In this document: in pieces, positions 1-7,826 of the stretch
Position numbering within the stretch: position 1 is the first letter of the stretch
Layout: every line of letters starts with the position of its first letter
DNA from: Candidatus Doudnabacteria bacterium
GTDB lineage: Bacteria > Patescibacteriota > Doudnabacteria > UBA920 > O2-02-FULL-48-8
Assembly (NCBI GenBank): GCA_016186915.1
Contig: JACPKU010000006.1
Span: forward strand, 350,086 to 414,085
DNA length: 64,000 bases
Direction: 5' to 3'
Position numbers and translations under genes: made by a program
The notes under the pieces: model-generated
Seen by the model: the letters and a program-made list of their open reading frames with translations, nothing else
Database searches by the model: none
What the model was told of the DNA's origin: nothing

Positions 1-2
1 AG

Positions 3-200
3 GTTGAGGAAAAAAGCTACCAGCAAACAGGCCGAGAAATTGCCTGTTCTGCCCTCCCGGAATACCGGCCAGACGACAAAGCCGCAAGGCTCATACAAGC
101 CCACCACAGCACTCCAGAAGCAAGGACGCTCCTGGAACAAAGCATTAAGTTTCTCCACCGGCTGGTCCACTACGAACCCGGAGCCCAGCGAGGGAGTTAG
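3..200 (+). CDS. 3' end of an unknown protein entering from the left edge
   Basis: Frame 3 is open from the window start (VEEKSYQQ...LLEQSIKFLHRLVHYEPGAQRGS*) and stops just before a terminator hairpin. This is more plausible than the 4..270 ORF, which runs through the hairpin. Confidence 0.4.
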   Translation, partial: VEEKSYQQTGREIACSALPEYRPDDKAARLIQAHHSTPEARTLLEQSIKFLHRLVHYEPGAQRGS

Positions 201-225
201 GGCGAAGCCTATGGGCAAGCGCAAA

Positions 226-268
226 AGCGCCGAAGGAATAGACAACATCCTTCGGCGCCTTATTTTTT
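226..268. terminator. Bidirectional intrinsic terminator
   Basis: GCGCCGAAGGA-N10-TCCTTCGGCGC stem with A/T tracts on both sides, between convergent genes. Confidence 0.7.
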
Positions 269-278
269 AGAACTTTAC

Positions 279-2513
279 TTAATGCCTTGGGCCGTGCGGC
301 CTGCCGCCTCTTGGCCCGCCGCGATGCGATCCACCTCTACGGGATCCATTCGACCCAGGATGGAAATCTCTTGGCCGTTCGTCGAAAGTTCCGCCTTCAG
401 GGCGGGGAAGCAAGGCCTTGCGTGAAAGGTTGATTCTGCCCTGTTCGTCAATTTCTTTAATCTTCACCTCCACTTCGTCTCCAATATTCACCACGTCTTC
501 CACGCGGTTGACGTGGTTGTGTTCAAGTTCAGAAATGTGCACCAAGCCTTCGTGGCCCGGAACAATCTCCACAAACGCGCCGAAATCCATAATCCTGGTC
601 ACTTTGCCTTTGAACACTTCTCCCGCTTTGAACTCACGCGTTAAGTCGTGGATCCAGTCCAAAGCTTTTTTACTGGCCTCGGCGTCGTTAGACGTAACCA
701 TCACCAGCCCTGAATCTTCGATATCAATCTGCACGCCGGTTTCGGCAATGATTTTGTTGATCACTTTGCCGCCGGTACCGATAACGTCGCGAATTTTCTC
801 CGGGTTGATCTGAAGAGTGGTGATTCTGGGAGCCAACGGCGACATTTCTGCTCGGGGTTCAGCTATGGTTTCTTTCATAACTTTCAAGATATGGAGTCTG
901 CCGTCCCTGGCTTGTTTCAATGCCTGCTCTAAAATCTCCACGGTAAGAGATTTCGATTTCACATCCATCTGCAGAGCGCTAATCCCCTTTTCTGATCCAG
1001 TAACTTTGAAGTCCATGTCCCCGCTGGAATCTTCTATGCCTTGGATGTCTGTCAGGATCTTATACTTCCCGCTGTCTTTATCCAGCACCGCACCCATGGC
1101 CACTCCGCCAATCATGTCTGTAATTGGCACCCCGGCGTCCATCAAAGACAGGGTCGAGCCGCAAGTCGAAGCCATGCTCGTGGAACCGTTGGAAGACAGC
1201 ACTTCGGAAACCAGGCGCAACGTATAGGGGAATTTCTCTTTATCCGGGATAACCAGCTCCACCGCTCGCTCCGCAAGCGCGCCGTGTCCCGTCTCTCGCC
1301 GGCCCGGTCCTCGCATGGGAGAGACTTCGCCCACCGAGTAACCGGGAAAATTATAGTGGTGAATGTATCGCTTGGTAGTCTCTTCAAAATTTTCCATGCC
1401 GTCTAGGATCTGGGCATCGCCGCTGGAGCCGAGGGTTACGATGGAGAGCACTTGGGTCTCGCCGCGGTTAAAAATTGCCGAACCGTGCGTTCGAGGAAGC
1501 ACTCCGACTTCACAAGAAACCGGTCTGGTTTCTGTCAACGGCCGCTCGTCTATTCTTCGCTCTTTTTCCAGGATGTTAGTCCGGATAATTTTCTTGGTCA
1601 GTTTTTCTAGGGAAAGATCAATACTCAACGCCACGTTCAATTCAGGGTTGTCTTTATATTTTTCACTGATATGCTTGGCGGTTTCCAGGTTTACCGCTGC
1701 CACCTGCTTGTCTCTTTGGTGTTTAGGAAACTTACCGTACAAAGCTTTTTCCAACCGGTCTCGGGCATAGGCTTCGACGTCGGCCAAAATTTTCTCATCT
1801 GGCAGAACTTTCATCACTGCCGCCTTTGTCGGATTTACGGTCTTCACCAATTCTTCTTGCATCTTGATTAGTTGGGCCAAGTACGGCTGGGCGAACTTAA
1901 TGGCTTCTATTATGTCGGCTTCGCTGACCAGGCCAGCTTCGGCTTCCACCATGAGCACATGTTCAACCGTTCCCGAAATTACGAGATCCAAATCCCCCTG
2001 TTCTCGTTCGGTATAAGAGGGGTTAATCACGAGTTTTTTGTCCACTCTGCCTACGCGGACCGCCGCGATCGGCCCATCAAACGGAATATCCGAAGTCGAC
2101 AGCGCCGCCGAAGCCGCATTGATTGCCACAATGTCCGGATCGCTCACTTCATCTACAGAAAGAATGGTGGCTACCACCTGGACGTCGTTGCGCATCCCGT
2201 CAGGAAACAGCGGTCGGATACTGCGGTCAATCAAGCGCCCTGAAAGTACGGCTTCGTCTGTGGCTCGGCCTTCTCTTTTGATGAATCTTGATCCTTTGAT
2301 TTTGCCTGAAGCATACAGCCGTTCCTCATAATCCACGAGGAGCGGAAAATAGCTCATGCCTTCACGCACAGTTTGGCTCATGGTGGCCGTAACGAGCACT
2401 ACGGTGTCGTCCAGACGCGCCAAAAAAGAACTGTTGGCCTGTTGAGCCAAAGCTCCAGACTCCAAGGAAAACTTCTTCCCAGCAAGATCAATCTCTTTTC
2501 TAATTACACTCAT
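279..2513 (-). CDS. pnp: Polyribonucleotide nucleotidyltransferase (PNPase)
   Basis: 744 aa with two RNase PH domains (FPLLVDYEER, SNGSTSMAS, GDMDFKV), KH (IGTGGKVI) and S1 domains; lies downstream of rpsO. Confidence 0.98.
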   Translation of the reverse strand: MSVIRKEIDLAGKKFSLESGALAQQANSSFLARLDDTVVLVTATMSQTVREGMSYFPLLVDYEERLYASGKIKGSRFIKREGRATDEAVLSGRLIDRSIRPLFPDGMRNDVQVVATILSVDEVSDPDIVAINAASAALSTSDIPFDGPIAAVRVGRVDKKLVINPSYTEREQGDLDLVISGTVEHVLMVEAEAGLVSEADIIEAIKFAQPYLAQLIKMQEELVKTVNPTKAAVMKVLPDEKILADVEAYARDRLEKALYGKFPKHQRDKQVAAVNLETAKHISEKYKDNPELNVALSIDLSLEKLTKKIIRTNILEKERRIDERPLTETRPVSCEVGVLPRTHGSAIFNRGETQVLSIVTLGSSGDAQILDGMENFEETTKRYIHHYNFPGYSVGEVSPMRGPGRRETGHGALAERAVELVIPDKEKFPYTLRLVSEVLSSNGSTSMASTCGSTLSLMDAGVPITDMIGGVAMGAVLDKDSGKYKILTDIQGIEDSSGDMDFKVTGSEKGISALQMDVKSKSLTVEILEQALKQARDGRLHILKVMKETIAEPRAEMSPLAPRITTLQINPEKIRDVIGTGGKVINKIIAETGVQIDIEDSGLVMVTSNDAEASKKALDWIHDLTREFKAGEVFKGKVTRIMDFGAFVEIVPGHEGLVHISELEHNHVNRVEDVVNIGDEVEVKIKEIDEQGRINLSRKALLPRPEGGTFDERPRDFHPGSNGSRRGGSHRGGPRGGRPHGPRH

Positions 2514-2529
2514 TCAATTGTCCTTTTTG

Positions 2530-2628
2530 TTTCCGTAGGCGAGTGTGACGTACCAGAAGTTGTATCAGACCATAACCACATGGTTACAAGCTAATACGAC
2601 CTCTGCTTGTCGTACTCGTTTACGAAAA
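2530..2628 (-). promoter_or_regulatory. Long imperfect hairpin in the pnp leader (candidate RNase III/autoregulation stem)
   Basis: TTTCCGTAGGCGAGTGTGAC..CAGAAGTTGTATCAG pairs with CTAATACGACCTCTG..GTCGTACTCGTTTACGAAAA, just upstream of the pnp RBS. Confidence 0.5.
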
Positions 2629-2645
2629 CTTAATTATGAATTAAC

Positions 2646-2705
2646 CATTCCGGACGCCACGAAGGGCGATCCGGAATCTAGATCCTGAATCAAGTTCAGG
2701 ATGAC
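2646..2705 (-). repeat. REP-like double-hairpin palindromic element (GTCATCCTGAACTTGATTCAGGATC type)
   Basis: ATTCCGGA..TCCGGAAT followed by ATCCTGAA-TCAAG-TTCAGGAT-GAC, in the rpsO-pnp spacer. Confidence 0.65.
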
Positions 2706-2713
2706 ACTGCGTG

Positions 2714-2980
2714 TCATTTTTTAAGCTTCAAGCGCGTGATCAATTTTTCGTACCTTTTCTCGTCCTCGCTCGATAGATAACGAAGCAACCTTCTTCGGTT
2801 GCCCACCATCTTGAGCAATCCTCGGCGAGAATGGTTGTCTTTTTTGTGCAGGAGCAAGTGCTCCGACACCTTCTCAATCTCACGAGTGAGGATGGCCACT
2901 TGGACTTCCGGACTGCCCGTGTCGTCCTTGTGGACCTGATACTTTTTAATGATCGCGTCTTTCTCTTTGGGAGTTAGCAT
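2714..2980 (-). CDS. rpsO: 30S ribosomal protein S15
   Basis: 88 aa with [13 protein letters not shown] and [16 protein letters not shown] motifs. Confidence 0.98.
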   Translation of the reverse strand: MLTPKEKDAIIKKYQVHKDDTGSPEVQVAILTREIEKVSEHLLLHKKDNHSRRGLLKMVGNRRRLLRYLSSEDEKRYEKLITRLKLKK

Positions 2981-3107
2981 AAATTCCTTTCTAGCATGCC
3001 CGCCATAGTTTTAGAGGCGGAGGGTCACGAACCGGTCAGAGAAAACCAGCCGTCAAAGTTAATAACAGAAGTATTTTAGCAATAAGTTTGGTATTTGACA
3101 AGCTTGT

Positions 3108-3851
3108 ATGTATAATATGACCACACGTACACCAACAACCCATATGGGAGGACTTATGAGCAGGTTCAAAAAAGCCACTCCCTGCAATAACGGGGTGGTG
3201 CTTGCCGTGGATTTTGACTTCCCGATGTTCCATCAATCGCACGTGTACCAAAACGATCCGTGTGTCCGCTTAGTCAGTTCGGCCGAGATTACCCACAAGT
3301 TCGAGCTGCCGCCCAACTGCACCACAGTGATCTTCTGGATCCGCCGGCAAACCGAGGTGGAGAAAACCCTGAATCGCAAAGCAAAAAAGCTCGGAGTCAA
3401 TCTGGTCTACCAGACCACGACCTACAACGAAGCGCTCAAATCGTTGGAGGGGTTCTGGAGCTGGAACTTCCAAGCTGCGAAACGGCGTCCAATTCACATA
3501 AGGGACAACGTCGATCAAGAGCCGCTCCCGCCGCCTAAATTTTCGGGACATCGCCTGCGTGCCAAGAGCCTTGAGGAGCTGGTCGAAAGGCACGGACTGA
3601 ATCTGACAGTGCCAATCAATGATGAGGTGACCAGGCTCCAGACCCACGCCACCTATGACGGCCCGCACCTCAAGGACTCAGAGATCCGCCTCCTCATCCG
3701 CAAGCGGCGACGTGAGCAAAACGTGATTTCTCAAAGGCCGCCGCCTCATCATGGAGACGCTGCGGACAACCAGCCACCGGACAGACGAACACCCAAGCCT
3801 CGGCAGAAAAAGCCGCCGCCGCACAAAAACGGCCGGTCTTTGCAAACTTAA
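3108..3851 (+). CDS. Hypothetical protein with a basic/Pro-rich C-terminus (start uncertain)
   Basis: 247-aa ORF followed by a terminator. A TTGACA/TATAAT-like promoter at about 3095-3117 and GGAGGA before the ATG at 3156 suggest a later start. Confidence 0.6.
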   Translation: MYNMTTRTPTTHMGGLMSRFKKATPCNNGVVLAVDFDFPMFHQSHVYQNDPCVRLVSSAEITHKFELPPNCTTVIFWIRRQTEVEKTLNRKAKKLGVNLVYQTTTYNEALKSLEGFWSWNFQAAKRRPIHIRDNVDQEPLPPPKFSGHRLRAKSLEELVERHGLNLTVPINDEVTRLQTHATYDGPHLKDSEIRLLIRKRRREQNVISQRPPPHHGDAADNQPPDRRTPKPRQKKPPPHKNGRSLQT

Positions 3852-3855
3852 CCAA

Positions 3856-3900
3856 CCGCAGTGTTTGGAACTCACCAGTTCAGACATTGCGGGCTTTTTT
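3856..3900 (+). terminator. Intrinsic terminator
   Basis: CCGCAGTGTTTGGAACT..AGTTCAGACATTGCGG stem followed by a T tract. Confidence 0.75.
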
Positions 3901-3942
3901 ATAGGACAAAATAATGCTACAATTATTTTACGACGAGCTAAT

Positions 3943-4929
3943 ATGACAGAAACAAAGAACCAATCTTCGCCAAGGCTTCGGCCGGCGAGTAAATTAGAAA
4001 AATACGCCAAACAGTTTCTTGAATACCTCGAGGTTGAGCGCAATCGATCGCAGTTGACCTTGCGCAACTATGATCATTATTTGAAACGATTTATAGAGTT
4101 CGCGAACAAGCAGGGTGTTACCGACCCTAAAGATATTGATCAAGAACTTATCCGCACCTATCGACTGTTTCTTAATCGCCTAACAGAAAAAGATAAATCT
4201 TTAAAAATCGTCACCCAGACTTATCACTTGATAGCCTTGCGCAGCTTTTTTAAATATTTGGCCAAGCGGGACATTGCCACCCCGGCCCCGGATAAAATTG
4301 AGCTGCCGAAGGTGCCCTCCCGGCAGGTTGCTTTCTTAGAAAACGATGATATTGAAAAACTCCTCGCCGCCACGAACGAAGAAGAAAACCCACTGGCACA
4401 ACTTCGCGATCGGGCCATCATTGCCGCGCTTTTTTCCACCGGGCTTCGCATCTCCGAACTAATCAGCCTCAAGCGCGACAGCATCAATCTGAAAAAAGGC
4501 GAGTTCACTGTGCGCGGCAAAGGAGACAAACTCCGGCTGGTGTTTTTGTCTGAAGATGCAGTAGAGGCGATCAAAAAATACTTAGATGCGAGAGTGGATA
4601 ATTCCCGTGCCTTGTTTATCCGCCACGATGCCAAAGAATCAGTGGAAAAACAGATAGAATCCCAAGACAAAAAACTGCCCGGGCTCACTGCCAGAACCGT
4701 CCAGCGGATCATCAAGAAATACGCCAAGCTGGCCGGGATCACCAAAAAAATCAGCCCCCATACCCTGCGCCATTCGTTCGCCACGGATCTTTTGGCCAAT
4801 GGCGCGGATCTACGCGCGGTGCAAGAACTTTTGGGACACTCGTCCATCACCACGACCCAGATCTATACCCATATTACCAATAGACGATTGAAAGACGTGT
4901 ACAAAACTTTTCACAAAAAACCCAAATAA
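3943..4929 (+). CDS. XerC/XerD-family tyrosine recombinase
   Basis: STGLRISEL, GKGDKLR, HTLRHSFAT, LLGHSSITTTQIYTH (R-K-H-R-H-Y catalytic set); start placed at ATG 3943, after the terminator. Confidence 0.93.
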   Translation: MTETKNQSSPRLRPASKLEKYAKQFLEYLEVERNRSQLTLRNYDHYLKRFIEFANKQGVTDPKDIDQELIRTYRLFLNRLTEKDKSLKIVTQTYHLIALRSFFKYLAKRDIATPAPDKIELPKVPSRQVAFLENDDIEKLLAATNEEENPLAQLRDRAIIAALFSTGLRISELISLKRDSINLKKGEFTVRGKGDKLRLVFLSEDAVEAIKKYLDARVDNSRALFIRHDAKESVEKQIESQDKKLPGLTARTVQRIIKKYAKLAGITKKISPHTLRHSFATDLLANGADLRAVQELLGHSSITTTQIYTHITNRRLKDVYKTFHKKPK

Positions 4930-4933
4930 TCAC

Positions 4934-6691
4934 CTATGCTTTGACTGACTCTTTCGCGGCAATCTGGTTGCGCCAGAGCGCGGCATACAAGCCTTTTTGT
5001 TTCAGAAGCTCGTCGTGCTGGCCTTGTTCGACAATCTTCCCTTTTTCCAAAACATAAATTACATCCGCGTGCGCCACGGTAGAAAGCCTATGGGCCACCA
5101 ACACAGTCATCAACCCAGGTCTCGATCTCTCCACCTGCTTGATGGTTTGCGTAATCTGCTCTTCAGTGATCGAGTCTAGGCTCGACGTGGCTTCGTCAAA
5201 AATAATCAGCTCGGGTTTACGCAACAACGCTCGGGCAATCGCCAGGCGCTGTTTTTCACCACCGGAAAGTTTTAATCCCCCTTCGCCAATTTTGGTTGCC
5301 AAGCCCGCTGCTCCTCTTTTGAGCAAGCTCATGGCTGCTGCTGCTTGCAAGGCCTGCAAACAATCTTCGTCCGAACCCTTGGGATAGGCAAACAGCAAAT
5401 TTTCCCGGATCGTGCCGGCAAACAGCTGCGTGTCCTGCGACACAAGGCCAATTTTGTTTCTCACCTGTTCGAAGTCCAGTTCATTCACATTGGTTTCATT
5501 AAACAAAATCGCGCCTTCGGTCGGCTTGTAAAGTCCGACCAATAATTTCACGAGTGTGGTTTTACCGCTGCCAGAAGGACCTACAAACGCGACAGTTTCT
5601 CCGGGTCTGATGACGAGCTGAATACCCTCAACCGCTGAGCCTACTGCCGAAGCATATCTGAAGCCCACATCCACGAAATTAATCTCCTGAATTTTTTCAA
5701 GTCTGACAGCCTGCTTGGGCTTGGCTTCGGGTTGAATTTTCAAAATCTCATGCAAACGATCCAGACTCGCCCGCGCTTCCTGATATTGCTGGGCCACTTC
5801 ACCGAAACTGGACAGCGGGTTGAAAATGAAAAATGAATAAAACAGCAAACTAAAGAACTCGCCGAAAGTAATGCTGCCGACAAAGATCAGCCACAACATC
5901 AGAAACATCAGGCCGGAACGCAGGGCATTAATCACGGTGCCCTGGATGAAACTGAAAGTGCGCACGATTTTGATTTTCTCAAGTTCTAACTCCAAAATCT
6001 GGGAGTTGGTGTCATTCAGCCGTTTGATCTCCTGATTTTCCAGGCCCAGACTTTTGACCAACTCCACGTTGCGCAGAGTTTCGGTGGTGGAACCGGCCAA
6101 AGCCGCGGTTTGGTGGATAATGCGGATTTGCGCCTGCTTAATTTTACGGCTGATGAGATAGGTCGTGAGCCCCAAACTCGGAATCATTAGGGCATACATC
6201 AGCCCGATACCCCAGTGCACGTAAAACGCATACGCCATGACAAACACAATCCCGACCAGTGAGAAAAACAGAATATTGACGCTGGAGGTAATGAAAACTT
6301 CTGAATCCGTCCGCGCTTTCTGCAGTTTCTGCAAAAATTCGCCGGAACGCTGGTCTTCGAACACGCTATAAGGCAAGGAAAAGGAATGTTCCACCGAGTG
6401 CGCGTACATCTGGGTGCCGACTTTCTGCACCACCACATTAAGGTAATAATCCTGAAAATTCTTGGCTACTCTTGACACTAAGGCCACGCCCACCGTGCCC
6501 AAAAGCAGCAGCAATATGCCGCGCAAAAAATCAGCGCTGGCAATCTGGCCAATCTTGGTAATATAATTGTCCACGATCAGGCGGAAAATCTGGGGATCAA
6601 GAAGCGAAAACACCTGGTTGACTATGGCCAAAACCAGAGTCCCTCCCAAAACTTTTTTATATTGTTTGAGATATGTCCAAAGCAACTTCAT
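4934..6691 (-). CDS. ABC transporter, fused permease/ATP-binding (MsbA/MdlB-like)
   Basis: Six-TM N-terminus, GPSGSGKT, LSGGEKQR, IIFDEATS, VAHRLST. Confidence 0.93.
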   Translation of the reverse strand: MKLLWTYLKQYKKVLGGTLVLAIVNQVFSLLDPQIFRLIVDNYITKIGQIASADFLRGILLLLLGTVGVALVSRVAKNFQDYYLNVVVQKVGTQMYAHSVEHSFSLPYSVFEDQRSGEFLQKLQKARTDSEVFITSSVNILFFSLVGIVFVMAYAFYVHWGIGLMYALMIPSLGLTTYLISRKIKQAQIRIIHQTAALAGSTTETLRNVELVKSLGLENQEIKRLNDTNSQILELELEKIKIVRTFSFIQGTVINALRSGLMFLMLWLIFVGSITFGEFFSLLFYSFFIFNPLSSFGEVAQQYQEARASLDRLHEILKIQPEAKPKQAVRLEKIQEINFVDVGFRYASAVGSAVEGIQLVIRPGETVAFVGPSGSGKTTLVKLLVGLYKPTEGAILFNETNVNELDFEQVRNKIGLVSQDTQLFAGTIRENLLFAYPKGSDEDCLQALQAAAAMSLLKRGAAGLATKIGEGGLKLSGGEKQRLAIARALLRKPELIIFDEATSSLDSITEEQITQTIKQVERSRPGLMTVLVAHRLSTVAHADVIYVLEKGKIVEQGQHDELLKQKGLYAALWRNQIAAKESVKA

Positions 6692-6758
6692 ACCTGTATA
6701 TTATATATATCATCGAGGAATAAAAAAAGAGCCAGGGCTCGGAGACGTGAGGGGTTCC

Positions 6759-7274
6759 TTACGTTCCCGAGACCTGACTGATGGCCAGACGGATGATCCT
6801 GTCTTGTTGCGCCCGCACCCATTCGTCACCTTCCGTGTGCGGACGGAAGACGATAGTCAGCTTGCCGACAGCGAAGAAACCCTCACCCGCGCCTTCAAAT
6901 GCTGGTTTGAGCGGAGCAAGAAGGACCAGGTCTTGGCCTATGTCCTGCGCCTCACCGCCAATCTCGTCCACCTGTAGTGTCAACCGCGCGAGATTGTTGG
7001 CGTTCACCCGAAGCCACTTGTGAATCCGCGAGTCAGGCTCGCAGATGAGCGTTACCCGGGTGCCGAGAGAGAAATAGCATTCCCCGACGGCCGGCGTATC
7101 AGCCTGCAGGAAATCCTGGATCTCGAGCCGTGTTGGGGACGTCTTCGACGTCTTCAGACTGGGCTGAGCCTGGGAACCGGATGGACATCCCCCCACGGCC
7201 CAGAGGAGGTAAACTACCCCAGCGGCCACACTTATTGACCAGCGAACCTTGGATCCAAATGGGCTGTCGATCAT
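6759..7274 (-). CDS. Hypothetical exported protein
   Basis: 171 aa with an N-terminal hydrophobic segment and GC-richer codons; followed by a hairpin and T tract at about 6722-6760. Confidence 0.5.
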   Translation of the reverse strand: MIDSPFGSKVRWSISVAAGVVYLLWAVGGCPSGSQAQPSLKTSKTSPTRLEIQDFLQADTPAVGECYFSLGTRVTLICEPDSRIHKWLRVNANNLARLTLQVDEIGGEAQDIGQDLVLLAPLKPAFEGAGEGFFAVGKLTIVFRPHTEGDEWVRAQQDRIIRLAISQVSGT

Positions 7275-7554
7275 TATACACCTGCTTTCATTTCCCCCGT
7301 TTCAGATTTGCTTGAAGCATACTCCTGAAGTCAATTCCCCACAAGCCCGATAGCTTCCAAGGTTTGATTAAAAAAAATGTATATACTTCTGTTGTATTTA
7401 CAAACCGCCTAGCTTGACAACTACCCACCTATCGCATGGTAGTTGTCAAACGGTAAATCCAGATGGCAACACTAAAAACCGTAGTTAGAAACCGAATAAC
7501 CTACTAACATATATAATATCAAAAATACTCCCCTTGACTAATCTTTATTTATTC

Positions 7555-7821
7555 TCAGAATCCGAAGTTGGAAAGAGAATTGATAGTGATAAAACTAATA
7601 ATAGAAATTAATGTTAGTATACCCCCAATAATATACCAAATGGAACTATTAAATCTGGTTGAATAATTTTTAAATAAAATATATAGGGACGACAGGATGG
7701 GAATAAACAGTGTTAATCGCGACAAATTTTCGTTGGTACTTAATGGCGAGTACCAGAATATTAGATTTGGAAGCAAAATTAGTATTACCAAAATTAGACC
7801 AAATCTTTTATTTATACTCAT
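7555..7821 (-). CDS. Small 3-TM membrane protein
   Basis: 88 aa, very hydrophobic and AT-rich; starts 5 nt after the lipase stop. Confidence 0.6.
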   Translation of the reverse strand: MSINKRFGLILVILILLPNLIFWYSPLSTNENLSRLTLFIPILSSLYILFKNYSTRFNSSIWYIIGGILTLISIISFITINSLSNFGF

Positions 7822-7826
7822 AAATT

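Noticed and set aside
4-270. 88-aa ORF in the track
   Set aside because: It runs through a terminator hairpin; frame 3 gives a more protein-like C-terminus.
418-2594. Numerous ORFs antisense to pnp (and to other long genes)
   Set aside because: Antisense shadows with no motifs or RBS.
3943-4929. Recombinase as prophage or island integrase
   Set aside because: It looks like a housekeeping Xer, with no adjacent att repeat, tRNA or phage genes.
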